A stretch of DNA of 63,983 bases, the filler included, from Trichomonas gallinae (Eukaryota), in the NCBI GenBank assembly GCA_008369845.1. It is 5 parts of 5 records of this genome, joined end to end, with 100 filler letters (N's around TTAATTAATTAA, not from the genome) between each part and the next. Parts side by side here need not be neighbours in the genome. Positions count along the whole stretch, not along the records: positions 1 to 13,501 come from MRSU01000100.1; positions 13,602 to 37,876 come from MRSU01000101.1; 3 more parts are not named here. One strand, written 5' to 3'. Under the pieces are notes generated by a model, which saw nothing but the letters and a program-made list of their open reading frames with translations, made no database searches and was not told the origin of the DNA. A program made the translations under genes and the position numbers. Shown here one piece after another: positions 11,071-23,402 of the stretch (the stretch's first letter is position 1; each line of letters opens with the position of its first letter).

Positions 11071-11964
11071 TGAAAAAATATGCCGAAATTAACCTTAAAC
11101 TTCGCGCAGACTGAACCCTCTATGCTACAGTTGGATATAATTGACAAATAAATTAGTTGGAAACAGCTAATTTATATTATTAATTTGTGCATTCAATAGA
11201 TACAAATTATTATTCGAAAATTTAATTTTAATTATTTGTGACATGCTTTCATATGAAATGATGCAGATTCGATAGCTTGGATGAATCGTGAAGATTTATT
11301 ATGAAAATATGCAATGCAACAATTAAATCAATATCATCAGAGATACGTGATTATAATATTGCATGATTTGCAGTCACTAGCTGAATGGTTCCATGCAATG
11401 ATAATAATAACTTGCCTCTTGCATTGTTTTCATTAAAATTTTTTTCATCAAACAATGAGGATAATTTGATATTAAATCTGTCACTTTTATTAAAAATGCA
11501 ATAATAATCTGTACATTGTAGATAAAATAATTATAAAATTATTTCGGGTCGATGTTTTTAGTTTACAAACACATTGAAATAATTTCACAAAGACAAATCT
11601 TCTAAAATTCTGTTATAATGATCTCTATCTGCTAATATATGCAAGATTATTTTGATAAATTTTTTATTTACAAATTTAGATATAATAGAATCAGTTACCA
11701 GTATTAGAATAATTTTACAAACAATGTTTTTTAAAAAAGTATTATTTCAATTGTATTAAAATTAATTATGCTCATTTAACCATAATATAGCGAACTACGC
11801 GAGAAATAAAATTGGTGTATTATAATACTTTTCTATCCTCACAAATATTTTTGACAAGGTCAATTTTATTTTGACATGGTCAATTTAGGACGATATAAAA
11901 GGTCAAAATTGACCTTGCGAAAATAATTGAAAGAGTGTCAAAACTCTAATAATTACAAAAAAGC

Positions 11965-12849
11965 ATGATCCGTACCAAGAGTTGCTATATCGCTAAAGGC
12001 AAGGATTCCTGTCCTCTAGCTAGTGTTGCCTATGCTAGTTTAGAAAATGAAGCTTACTGCACATCTCCAAGTGCGATGGCCGTCTGTGAGAAGGCTATTT
12101 GCGATCAAATCAACAGAAAGATCAGCTACGAGGAATGTTGTGCCATTCTAACGGTAAATGCGCATACTATTGTGCCGGCAAATATGATTTCAAAAGTTTT
12201 GCAAGCATTTGATTACCATCAACCAGAACCAGTTGAGAATATAGAGCGCCGCAGCATCGATCATAGGCGCTGCAGAATGTGGAGACCTGATGAAGACATT
12301 CTTCTCCTCGCAGCTATCCACAAATTCGGTCTCGGTGATTGGAAGTCCATTTCACAGTTTGTAGGTGGTGATAGATCTCGTTCTCAATGCTCTCAGCGCT
12401 GGGGACGCGCTCTAGACCCTCGTATAACAAAACTTCCTTGGGGTCCTGAGGAAGAACAACAGCTTTGTGACTTAGTCGCAGAGCTTGGCGAACATTCATG
12501 GGCTAATGTTGCTAAGCGCTTAGGCACAAGATCAGATGTTCAATGCCGCTATAGATATTATCAGATTGTAAAGAGGAAGCCATCAAACGGTTTGATGCTT
12601 CCAAGCAAGCCACTGGAGGCTACCCCACCAGAGTCTCCACCACAGGCTTATCCTGCTCAGTTTAAGCAATATGAAAAGACTAAAGTTGAGCAGTTGATTC
12701 CGGTACCTAATGTTCCTCAAGTAGAATTATTGTTTGGAAGGAATCTTTTCGATTGCACAATAGAAGAGCTTATCCCTCCACTTAGACCTAAGTCTTCAAA
12801 GGCATCAGAGCCATCTTCACCAATGATTGTTCCTGTTTATGTTTTCTAA
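11965..12849 (+). CDS. R2R3 Myb-like DNA-binding protein
   Basis: WRPDEDILLLAAIHKFGLGDWKSIS...RSRSQCSQRW and WGPEEEQQL...WANVAKRLGTRSDVQCRYRY. Confidence 0.95.
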   Translation: MIRTKSCYIAKGKDSCPLASVAYASLENEAYCTSPSAMAVCEKAICDQINRKISYEECCAILTVNAHTIVPANMISKVLQAFDYHQPEPVENIERRSIDHRRCRMWRPDEDILLLAAIHKFGLGDWKSISQFVGGDRSRSQCSQRWGRALDPRITKLPWGPEEEQQLCDLVAELGEHSWANVAKRLGTRSDVQCRYRYYQIVKRKPSNGLMLPSKPLEATPPESPPQAYPAQFKQYEKTKVEQLIPVPNVPQVELLFGRNLFDCTIEELIPPLRPKSSKASEPSSPMIVPVYVF

Positions 12850-13501
12850 ATATGTGTCTGATATTATATATTAATTCCTTATATCCATATTTATCTTTTG
12901 CGCTAAAACAATTTTTCTTATCTCCCTTGTATCAATATCGGAAAATAATTTCTTACCGCAAACTAAGCTTTTTAGCAAATATTTAGATTAACCTTCCTAT
13001 AAATACCATTTTTATCAGTAAATTTCATGATTGGTTTTATATATTTTAGGGTGTGAATAAATAAAATAGGGAGTAAATTTAATTCTGAAAATTAGGGGAT
13101 TAGAACAAAATATAGGGTCTGATTTAATAAATAATAAGGGTGTGTATAAATAAAATAGAGGATATATAAAATATAAATAGGAGGTGTACCAATGACGATA
13201 GAAATGTATTTTTGCTCCAAACTTTACCAGTATATTATATGCATTAATATAATGATATATGCAAATTTTGAGCCGATTTCGTTCGGACAATTCCGAGATA
13301 CGCGTTTTCGCGTCATTCCTCAGAATTACTAGAATTTTATCCATTTTTCTATGGAGATTTTTTTCCATTAAAAACGCTGTTTTGTTTTTTCTTCATTAAA
13401 AAACGTGTTATTCGAGATTTCGGATCGACAGTTCGGTTCTATTTTATGTATAGTTTCTAATGGGTTTGAGAAACCATATGTTTAGTTAAAAGATTATCGA
13501 G

Positions 13502-13601
13502 NNNNNNNNNNNNNNNNNNNNNNNNNNNNNNNNNNNNNNNNNNNNTTAATTAATTAANNNNNNNNNNNNNNNNNNNNNNNNNNNNNNNNNNNNNNNNNNN
13601 N
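13502..13601. other. Artificial contig linker (N44-TTAATTAATTAA-N44)
   Basis: 100-nt N run with a six-frame stop spacer; identical at four places. Confidence 0.97.
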
Positions 13602-14656
13602 TCTGAACACGGGGCGGTTAGCGGGTTTGAAATCAATTGGAATAACGGCCGGGTATTCCGAATTCCATAATAGGGGAGAGTTGGGGGAAGACCCTGCAAT
13701 TTCAATTTGGAATTTGGAATAATGAATATGTTTCTGATGTTTTATTGCATGAGCATATTATCCTTATGCATATAGAACGTTTTCGTTTGAGTATTTTCCT
13801 CAAAATAGTAGATTTTGAAAAATGATGAAAAATTTGTTTGCGCATAAAATGTATTTCTACATGTTTTTGTGCATAGTTTACGACCTATATCATGTCGGGT
13901 CAATAATAATGTTTGATACGGAGTTCGTCCAAAAAAAAAAAAAACTATACACTTATTATCTATGAAATTGTAATATTTAAGGATAATACTCGTGATTAAA
14001 ACAACTCGTGAGGATGTAGGATCAATTGCTCAAGCCTATCTGAAATGCCAGGAAAAATTTTGGTGAAATTCGTTGTAATACACAATTTATGCTGTGTTAC
14101 ATCATATTATTGAGTTTTAAGTTCATCAAATTATAACAATAGAATAAGGTTATGAAAATATAATGTTATTGTTTACATTCAAATATTGTTTTTCGAACGA
14201 AAAAATCGAAAAATAAAATTTGAATGAAAAACAATTGTTTATAAAATTGATCGCCATTAAAATTTTGATTAGATAAGATTATAGTAGAGAATTTGAGTAA
14301 AATCGATAAAAAAATCGATTTTATTTTTATATAGAAATTTTCTTATGAAAACAATTTCAATTGAAAAGTATAAACTCACAAAAGTTATAAAATTCTGATG
14401 TATATTGATATGAGACCAAATATTAATTAAAATAGTTATAATTGAATAGAATACTCTGAAAAAAATTTAACTTTGACTTTAAATATTGCATCATGATATA
14501 ATGATATATCTGAAATCAATGAAATCAGCTTAAAACAATTTTGATTAAGCCGTTCAATTTTTTTTAAAAAAAAAAAGCATTATTAATAATAAATGATAAA
14601 ATAATTCGCACATTTTTTCTAAGAAATATTTTAAATTGATATGTTTATTTTGATAA

Positions 14657-16348
14657 ATGTTTTTTGGTTTAGCAACTATCATATTATACACTCCCGAACC
14701 TAATGTCTCGCATCCAATAGAACGAGAGGATATAGAATACATTAATACAGAATTTAAAAATGATTTTCGACAAGAATTTTACACATCTAATTTAATGCTT
14801 CAAAATGTTGAATTTGAAAATAATACATGCTTGGGAACGGGAATATATCCTTCATATGGAGGAGCTTTGTTTTTGAAGTGGTCTTCTTTATATGCTACGT
14901 CTTTTACAGGCTTCAAAACTATTTTTAACCAAAATCAAGCTGCATTTGGAGGGGCCATCTGTTGCATTGATTGTCCCATTTTGTTGCAGAAAACTCAATT
15001 TGTTAAAAATTCTGCATATAAATTAGGAGGTGCAATATATGCGGAAGCTCAACAATCTATCAATTTTCCTAAAATGCACTCGTTTTATCTTACAAATTGT
15101 GATATTGGTGGAAACAAGGCTTATTCATCAGGTGGAGCATTAGATTTGCATGATTTAAGCGATGTTTACATCCAAAATACGGATTTGTATAATAATCAAG
15201 CAGGATTCAGAGGAGGCGCAATTTCATGTGATAAAATTAAATATTTTCATTTGAACGGCGGAAAGCTTTCTTACAACTCTGTGCAACGCGACTCGGCTCC
15301 ATTCTTTAATGGAAAGAATGATTCAGATAAAGTTAAATTCAGTACAAAATGGCTGCAATCCAAAGAAGTGATAAAACATGGTGGAGCAATTTATGCTTAT
15401 TCCAAAGATAATTCAGTTTTCAGATTAGAAGATTACTGTTTATATAATAACTATGTACTATTTTATAGAAATAATGGAAAATTCAATGATGTTATGATTG
15501 ATAGTGACAAAATTACCCAAGTCATTTTCTTGAAAATTAATGAAATCGGTTTTGAATCATCTGGAAAAATCTCAAAATATGTTGGCGAGAAAAATAGTGG
15601 ATGTCTGGGAAATACATTACAGATATACCCACCTGAATTTTCCAAGGCACCAAATGGAACAGTCACGGAATTTAAGACAGCATTTATTCCAGCCCCCACA
15701 ACATTTACATATCGCGCAACACCAATTACAAAATTTATGCAATCAAAAATTCCTCATTCAATCACAACATTTTCGATAAATAAAGTATATATAGTAACCC
15801 CATCACCTCACCCAACACCTTATAATACTCCTGATATTACTCCAAAAATCACAACACCTGAAATGACAGTAAGAGCAACACCGATTTCGATTTCTCCTAC
15901 GAGAACTCCTAACCCATCTGAGACATTTACATTAACGTTCACGACGGTTAACAAAACTGTGAGCCTTGTTTATCAGGGCGGAACATATTATTATACTTAT
16001 GTTGTAACACGAATTAATACATATGTCATTACTATAACAGAAAGTCAGGAGAGTATTGATAGCAGAAGAAGCATAGAATCATGGCGTTTAATATTATTTT
16101 GCACTGGCGGGATGTTAATATTTTATATAGTTGCAGGAATGTTGCTGTACTTATACAGACTAATACATAAAGAAGATACTGATTCAGATGCTTCCTCACT
16201 TAGTTGCCCTTATAATATAGGAAAAGTCGTAGAAAAAAGACCCAATATATTAGAAAACTGTACCACTGTACTTGATGAAATCGAAGATGTACATGTAAGT
16301 GATGCCAACTCTGAAGATGATGCATTCATGAATAAGGAAGATATCTAA
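14657..16348 (+). CDS. Polymorphic membrane protein (Pmp)-like type I surface protein
   Basis: Six GGA(I/L) motifs with FxxN motifs (FENN, FNQN, FVKN), Pro/Thr-rich stalk, TM helix LILFCTGGMLIFYIVAGMLLYLY, acidic cytoplasmic tail. Confidence 0.85.
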   Translation: MFFGLATIILYTPEPNVSHPIEREDIEYINTEFKNDFRQEFYTSNLMLQNVEFENNTCLGTGIYPSYGGALFLKWSSLYATSFTGFKTIFNQNQAAFGGAICCIDCPILLQKTQFVKNSAYKLGGAIYAEAQQSINFPKMHSFYLTNCDIGGNKAYSSGGALDLHDLSDVYIQNTDLYNNQAGFRGGAISCDKIKYFHLNGGKLSYNSVQRDSAPFFNGKNDSDKVKFSTKWLQSKEVIKHGGAIYAYSKDNSVFRLEDYCLYNNYVLFYRNNGKFNDVMIDSDKITQVIFLKINEIGFESSGKISKYVGEKNSGCLGNTLQIYPPEFSKAPNGTVTEFKTAFIPAPTTFTYRATPITKFMQSKIPHSITTFSINKVYIVTPSPHPTPYNTPDITPKITTPEMTVRATPISISPTRTPNPSETFTLTFTTVNKTVSLVYQGGTYYYTYVVTRINTYVITITESQESIDSRRSIESWRLILFCTGGMLIFYIVAGMLLYLYRLIHKEDTDSDASSLSCPYNIGKVVEKRPNILENCTTVLDEIEDVHVSDANSEDDAFMNKEDI

Positions 16349-16990
16349 AAACTTTTTTTTGTTTTTATATCTATGAGCAATGAGTAGAAGTTATGTAATA
16401 AATAGTGGTGATAATAATCGATATTTAACATAAACAAATACAGGGCTCGCATATATTTATAAGATATTGTAATTGGAAAAAGCATTAGAGATAATTAAAT
16501 ATCATTTATAGAATGCGAAATAAAATATGCAGTGATATAAGTATGCATTTGAGCTGCAAATCGAGAAGAACTCTGAAAAATGCAAATACTTGACTGTTCT
16601 TGAGCATTGAACTGTGGCACTCCAATGAATAGTTATATTGGTAGTGTATAGATGGTATTTATCATTATTTTAGCCATGGAAACAATCAATCAGAATGGTT
16701 TAAAAATTTATTTGTTAATAGAGGCAAATTAACATAATATTTGGTATGTATTATATGATTAATATATAATATTAGTAAAATATTAGAAATAATCAAGGAA
16801 TTAAATTTTCATAAGATAGACAAAATTGGGGAGCTAAAATTGATTATATGCGCTTTATGTATGCTATATATCAAATAAAACAAAATATTTAATTTAATTT
16901 TTTCAGTTCTTTGATAAACGTGGAAATCAAAAGCTTGTGTAACACACTTTCGTATGGCATGAACTTATTTCAAAATTAAGTTCATATTTG

Positions 16991-18388
16991 ATGGATGATT
17001 TTCAATTTAACAGCATTCTCTATGAAAACTTTATAACTAAGTACGATAAATTGATTCAAACACTGAAACTGATCTTCACACTCAGCACAAATGATACAGT
17101 ATCCTTTTCAAACGAACTGATTGAATTAATTCTCGCAAATGATTACGATATCATGCCATTTCTCAATATTATTGATAAAGCTAGCATGTTTAATGTTAGG
17201 TTCATACGTGGGTATTGGCTGATATTTAAAAAGTTGCTTATGCAATATAATAATAAGATTAATAAGCTGAGTTTTAACACACAATTGGTCAAACTGATGG
17301 AGCTAGATACAAAAATAAACTCAAACACAGAACAAGAGAAAATTGATCTATATCAACAAAATATGAACGAAATCTTTGATGTTTGCGACAGGGATTCATT
17401 ACTGTACATAATAATGAATGATGACATATCCAAATTCATCGAAATTGTAAAAAATCAAGATTCAAAAATGATTATTCACATAAATGTCGACAAACCAATT
17501 GAAATAGCAGCCAAATTTGGTTCTGTCCGCATATTTAAATTTCTAAGGGCAAATAAAATAAGATTAACAACAAATTGTTTGGTTTACAGTATAATGGGGA
17601 AAAACAATGAAATAATTCAAGAATGTTTAAGAGAATACCAGCCTACGAAGTATTGCATGGTTAATGCAATCAAATCTCATAATAATGATTTTGCAATTTA
17701 TCTTTTCCAAAATTTCGGCATGGAAATGGACTACAAGACAATAATGTTGTCTAGAAACCTAGAATTATTGGTTTTCAAGCTTTGTTGCGACAATAATTTT
17801 GATGATGCTATAATTTCATTTTCTAGCTTTGGAATTCCATCATTAATCGAAGATATGCTAGTGAAAGGTGGCAATATCAACCACAGGAATGAAAATGGTG
17901 AAACAGCCTTAATTATGGCAACAAAATATTGCTGTCAAAAATGCTTCGATTATTTGGCAAACAAAGGCGCGGATTTCTTTATAAATACTAACAATGGCGT
18001 CACCCCTTTGATGTTCGCCAGCATATACAACTGCATCAGCATTGCCCAAGTGTTAATCGCCAGCCACGTTGATGTCAATCAAACGGACAATGATGGCTTC
18101 ACAGCATTAATGTATGCTGCAATAAACGACAATTTTGAAATTGCAAACTTTCTTATCGAAAACGGGGCGATTGTTAATATGAAGAATAACAACGGGAACA
18201 CAGCATTGGCGTGGGCAGCTCAAAATAATTCATACAATGTTTTCAAGCTGCTTCTTGAAAATGGAGCAGATTTGAACATGAAATGTCAGGATAAGCAAAC
18301 AGCGATAACATTAGCAAAAGATGAGCGCATAAAGAACTTGATCATGCAATACATGAACAACTCCAATAATACTTGTTATATTTGTTGA
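16991..18388 (+). CDS. Ankyrin-repeat protein with DUF3447-like region
   Basis: CMVNAIKSHNNDFAIYL pattern, then GETALIMA, GVTPLMFA, GFTALMYA and GNTALAWA repeats; ends CYIC. Inr-like TCATATTT before the ATG. Confidence 0.92.
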   Translation: MDDFQFNSILYENFITKYDKLIQTLKLIFTLSTNDTVSFSNELIELILANDYDIMPFLNIIDKASMFNVRFIRGYWLIFKKLLMQYNNKINKLSFNTQLVKLMELDTKINSNTEQEKIDLYQQNMNEIFDVCDRDSLLYIIMNDDISKFIEIVKNQDSKMIIHINVDKPIEIAAKFGSVRIFKFLRANKIRLTTNCLVYSIMGKNNEIIQECLREYQPTKYCMVNAIKSHNNDFAIYLFQNFGMEMDYKTIMLSRNLELLVFKLCCDNNFDDAIISFSSFGIPSLIEDMLVKGGNINHRNENGETALIMATKYCCQKCFDYLANKGADFFINTNNGVTPLMFASIYNCISIAQVLIASHVDVNQTDNDGFTALMYAAINDNFEIANFLIENGAIVNMKNNNGNTALAWAAQNNSYNVFKLLLENGADLNMKCQDKQTAITLAKDERIKNLIMQYMNNSNNTCYIC

Positions 18389-18834
18389 ATTTCTTTTAAT
18401 TTATAAACATTTTACTCTATCTTCTATTTAAAAACTAAAAATGTTAGATGAAATCAAATGTTAGACTCATTCTAGAATAAGCTAATGCTATCATTAAGAT
18501 AGAAAATAAAATATTCTTCCAAAGATTCATCTATAAATTAGCAAGAAATCACAAATATACTTATTTATATAAATTTGACAAAAAGTAATATTTCCACAAA
18601 CAATTATTATGTAGTTAAGATTCTGACAAATAGAATAAGAGCATAGGAAAATGGTGACAATATAATAATATCTCAAACTCCATTTTTATTATCAACAAGG
18701 CAAAAATAACGTTTGTTTTGAACTATCATCGAATCGACAATTTGTCAAAAAGTGTCGTCAAATTTTAAAAATTCTTACGTTTAGTTCGACCAAATATATA
18801 TGAATTTTTAAATCTTTTTCGATTTTAAATTTTG

Positions 18835-21377
18835 ATGAACGTTAACAGTTCACAAAATTTGAATGAAGAAAAAGATTTGACAATTTGTTTTGTAAATTTG
18901 ATAAAAAGTGGATGGATTTTTGATAAAAAGTGCCATAATTTTTACTGCATTCAGTGCAGTATGAGGAAAATGGAAAAGTTCTCAAATATTGTTCAGATAG
19001 TTCCCCTAATATTGTTATCATTTCATCGTGTGAAATCATCTTTGGAAGCAATCCAGATAACTACTGTTTTCGACAAGTTCGAAATTCTTTAGAAAGTGTC
19101 CAATTTAATGCTGACTCAAACCTTATTGAAATTGGTCCACATTCGTTTCGAGGATGCAATAAACTAAAAGAAATCGACCTTAAAAATTGCTCGAAATTGA
19201 CTATAATAGGAGTGTCTGCTTTCTATGGATGCTTCATGTTATCTAATGTAATCCTACCGAGTAATTTGAAATTTTTAAAAGGATCATGTTTTGGATCAAC
19301 AGCAATTACATCTATTAGAATCCCTGCAAGTCTTCAAGAAATTGAAAGTTTTGCACTGGCATATAATTCAAAGCTCAAAAGTGTAACATTTGATGATGAT
19401 TGTTCTCTCAATGAATTACCTGTTAATTTATTTGTTGATAGCAATCTCACGAGTTTTGTATTTCCGCGGAATATATCTTGGTTCAATGGACTTGCATTTC
19501 AAAATAATTACTACATTGAATCAATAGACATTGATCCACTTAATAAAAATTTTATTGTTGATTCTAATAAAGTCATTTACAATCCATCAAAGACAAGTTT
19601 ATATTATTTCGCTTCAGGAATTAAAGGCTCATTTACAGTGCCTAGTACTGTCACAGCAATAATGTATGGATCATTTTGTGTATCTCAATTAACGACATTA
19701 AATATTCAAGATTCTGTCACTTCAATTGGACCTTACGTTTTTCTGAGAAGCAAAATAAGCCAAATATCACTTCCGGATTCAATCGTTATGATAGAAGGAT
19801 CAAGTTTTTATGGAATGAAATCACTAGAAACGATTTTTTTGCCGAAAAAATTAAAAAGAATATACTCTGAACAATTCCGGTTCTCAGGGCTTAAAAACAT
19901 AACGATTCCAGAGAGTGTGACAACTATAGATCAATATGCTTTTGCTGATTGTCCAGATCTCCAAAAAATATACTTGCACGAGAATATTACGAATATTGGA
20001 GGTGGTGTTATTTTCAATTCTCCGAATGCAACTTTCGACTTTGGAAAAAACTCAAATTTATATATCATTGATGATCTTTTAATGGACTGTGATAATACAT
20101 TCATATCCCAATATTTTGGTAGCAATAGTACTGTGACAATTCCTTCAACAGTTCGCAGGATTCGTGCAAATGCTTTTAGCGGTATTTCAAGCATTATAAA
20201 TGTAAAATGTGATGGAGAATCAGAACTAGAATATATTGAAAACAATGCATTTTATAACTGCATAAATCTTCAACAGTTCTTCAATTTTCCTAGAATATGT
20301 TCAATAGGTAACAGGGCATTCAGAAATACAAAACTAAATCAAAAGATTGTTTTAGGAGAAAATTTATCGTTTATCGGTATATATGCATTTCAATATTCTC
20401 ATATTTCATCTGTAGAATTTTCATCACAGATTGCATTGAAATTATCAATAAATGCTTTTGAATCTTGCGTATTTTTAAATTCTCTTGTCTTTAGGACAAA
20501 TTCGAATGTCACTCTCGATGATTATGTTTTCGCCGAAACAAAAATTCTAAAATCTGTTAATTTTCCTTAAGAAATTATTAGCATTGGAATTGGTTGCTTC
20601 AGGAATTCAGGACTCAGTTCAGTCACATTTTCATCAAATGCATTCACACCATCAATTATACCTGATTCAATGTTTTTAGGTTGTACTTTTCTGACTGATT
20701 TTGAATTTCCAACAAACATTGTTTCTATTGGTGCCAATTCATTCCAAGGAACAAATCTGAGCATTATTACTCTCCCAGATAGTCTCAATATTCTTGGGTA
20801 CCAGTGCTTCAAAGATTGCAAACTAACAGAGTTGCGCATCAGCGATGAATCTAATCTCGAATCAATTGATTCCGGAGTGTTTGAATATTGTTTTTATTTT
20901 AATCGAATTTCAGAGTTTTCTTCTAAGAATTTCGTTGGGAACTACAATGCACTTTATAATAAAGATAAATCCCGGATTTTTATCTCTCCACCAGCTTCAC
21001 CTACAAATTTTTTCAGTTTGCCAATCACCGTCAAAATCATTTCTGACAGCGCATTCATGGGTTGCGTAAATCTCCGCGCACTGACTATTCCAGACAACAG
21101 CGTCACATCTATTGGACGCAATGCATTCTCTGGCTGCTCCAGTCTCCAAACAATCAACTTCCCTCTTTGTGTTGAGAAAATTGGCGAAAACGCATTCTTT
21201 GGATGCTCGAAACTTTCATGCGGAGTCATAATTCAGAACAAAACAATACAATTCCGTCATCTGCTTGTAAGCGCTCGCTTGCCATCTCGTGCTCTCAATG
21301 ACTGCGACTTCAAAACATGCGCCCTCAAAGTGCAACAATATAACTATGCAAATATTTATGTAATGATTCTCTTGTAA
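18835..21377 (+). pseudogene. BspA-like (TpLRR) leucine-rich repeat surface protein gene, disrupted
   Basis: Repeated LxxIxLPxxLxxIgxxAFxxC units. ORFs 18954-20570 and 20670-21377 are in the same frame, separated by one TAA (20568-20570). The long frame is closed by TAA at 18936 with no in-frame ATG near its start, and the N-terminal-like segment from 18835 is in another frame. Confidence 0.85.
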
Positions 21378-21845
21378 AATAAAAATTAATCATTATAGAA
21401 TAATTCAACAGATAAGTTAATTAACTATTTTGTTATGATTATATATTTGAAGATTCTTTAATTAAAAATGTTCAAAAATTCGATATTTCAAATTTAAATG
21501 TGAATATTGTTGCTGAGATCATAGATATAATTATGAAAGACTTCTATTGGCAATATATGATTTTTCATCTTTTTGAATCTGTATTTTGAATAAATATTGA
21601 TATTAAAAGGCTTAATAATTAATGATGCAGGATATTTAGATGATATATATAATATATAGTAAGTTTATGTACATATGTCACTGTGTCACAAGGTTATATC
21701 ACATTGAAAATTATGAATTTTGATTAAAATTCATAAAAACATAATGGATTTTCTAGTATTTTGTTATGTGATTCATGATGTGTATGTACTAGAGAATAAA
21801 CATATATTTATTATTAAAAACAAAAATAGAAATATAAAAATATAA

Positions 21846-23402
21846 TTAAAACATAGTATTTGAAGATTTGACAGCCTTTGGGTTAGAATGCTGTGCTTGA
21901 GGAGTGCCATTATCTGTGAACAGTTTAGACAACTCTCCAAGCTTTTCCGAAAGATAAATATTTTTATCTTTTATTGCAGCCGCACGAGCTATTGCTGCCC
22001 ATGACTTCAGTTTGTCTTTGCTAGTATTAATATTCGCGAGCTTGTTTTTGTTGAAATTCCTTCCCAAAACTCTTGTTATCGCAGCCATCGAATCTTCGGC
22101 CGCTGTTCTAACTGTATTGGACCAGTGGCTGCGTGCGTTCTCTATGTGCTTAATCAGCTTCGGTATGATCTTATGCGATGTCTGTGTGACCAAATCCAAA
22201 ACGATAGGACTTATTAGTGCTTTATTTGCCTGCTCGGCTACTTTAAATGATGGTGAATCTGCTGAGAATGCTAGTGTAGTAATTGCGCGGCCTAAAAGAT
22301 TATAATCGATGTTTCTGCAAAATTCTAAAGATTGTACGAGAAAAGTTATCATCATTTCTTCCTTATTTGGATGGGAGACTGGCCAGATGTTAATTAGCAG
22401 TCTTACAAAGTCATTTGAGTTCGTGTAGTTGTTGGCGAAGAATAATCTGTATAATTGTAATAAAGGGAAAGAAAAGATCGAAAAGTGCTCATGCCTGATT
22501 AAAGGGAGGAAGTGGCTCCTATAATATGGCTTGATTATATCTTTTAAGTTGTTATTCGCATTATGACATGTATATATAATCGAAAGAGCCGAATAAATTC
22601 CGCATGGATCCGGGGTGTTTGAGTCATTGTCTAGTATTTTTATCAGTTTGTGGAATAACTCTGGAAACATTACTGGTTTCGAATTAATTAATGTAACGAA
22701 AAACGAAATTAGTGATTCTCTTTCCCTTTTATCTTTCGAGCTGAGTACAGGCAATAGCTGGTATAGCAAATCGATTGAAAATCCTTTATATTTTGGTAAA
22801 TCGTGTACAAATATAGTTAGCATTCTATATATATACTGTGTATGGTCAAAATCGAACTCCTTGAATGCGCCAACATCAGGATTAAATAGAGAAAGTGCGT
22901 CTAATTTAGATAAAGGACGTAATAAGTTAACTTTGATGACATCCATGATGGCATCCTTCACTTCGTCATCTATAATAGCATTAAGGCCTAGTGTAGTGAA
23001 CAGATTGTTGATTTCATTTAAAGTGTGTCTTTTAATATCTTTTGCTTGTCGATCATTTAGAGGATTATCGAAATCGCAGAGCTGCTTGCACAGATCTAGT
23101 TTCTTTAGTAATATCGATTTGAACTGAGGATCAGCAGGTTTTGGAATTGGAGGCAATTTCGGCAATTGAAGCGATCTAGTGACTTTTAGAGATTTCATTC
23201 CCAGTCTAGGTGAGTCAAAATCACCTAAATCGGCATCAGGGAGCTCATCAGTATCAACGCCTTTTGTTTTTGGTAAATCATCCAAAACAAGAGGCGCCAA
23301 ATGCGAACGACTCGCTGAGTAAACCCTTCTCAGCGCTCGAGAGACTTCAGTAGGCGTGTATAGAGAAAGAGAACTTTTAACTTTTGGATATCTAATTAAC
23401 AT
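21846..23402 (-). CDS. Divergent PP2A regulatory subunit B' (B56 family)
   Basis: KKLDLCKQLCDF, KDIKRHTLNEI, SKDKRERESL, IWPVSHPNKEEM, DSPSFKVAEQA, HWSNTVR. Confidence 0.88.
   Translation of the reverse strand: MLIRYPKVKSSLSLYTPTEVSRALRRVYSASRSHLAPLVLDDLPKTKGVDTDELPDADLGDFDSPRLGMKSLKVTRSLQLPKLPPIPKPADPQFKSILLKKLDLCKQLCDFDNPLNDRQAKDIKRHTLNEINNLFTTLGLNAIIDDEVKDAIMDVIKVNLLRPLSKLDALSLFNPDVGAFKEFDFDHTQYIYRMLTIFVHDLPKYKGFSIDLLYQLLPVLSSKDKRERESLISFFVTLINSKPVMFPELFHKLIKILDNDSNTPDPCGIYSALSIIYTCHNANNNLKDIIKPYYRSHFLPLIRHEHFSIFSFPLLQLYRLFFANNYTNSNDFVRLLINIWPVSHPNKEEMMITFLVQSLEFCRNIDYNLLGRAITTLAFSADSPSFKVAEQANKALISPIVLDLVTQTSHKIIPKLIKHIENARSHWSNTVRTAAEDSMAAITRVLGRNFNKNKLANINTSKDKLKSWAAIARAAAIKDKNIYLSEKLGELSKLFTDNGTPQAQHSNPKAVKSSNTMF

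Noticed and set aside
13546..13557. TTAATTAATTAA repeated four times inside N runs as a biological repeat
   Set aside because: Six-frame stop linker added during scaffolding. The similar string at ~48813 is plausibly chance in very AT-rich DNA.
18900..18960. Intron rescuing the BspA 5' frameshift
   Set aside because: No GTA(T/A)G donor or ACTAAC..AG acceptor motif is visible.
20568..20570. Alternative genetic code (TAA/TGA reassigned)
   Set aside because: All intact genes are open under the standard code and end in TAA, TGA or TAG; in-frame stops occur only in two loci that also have frameshifts.
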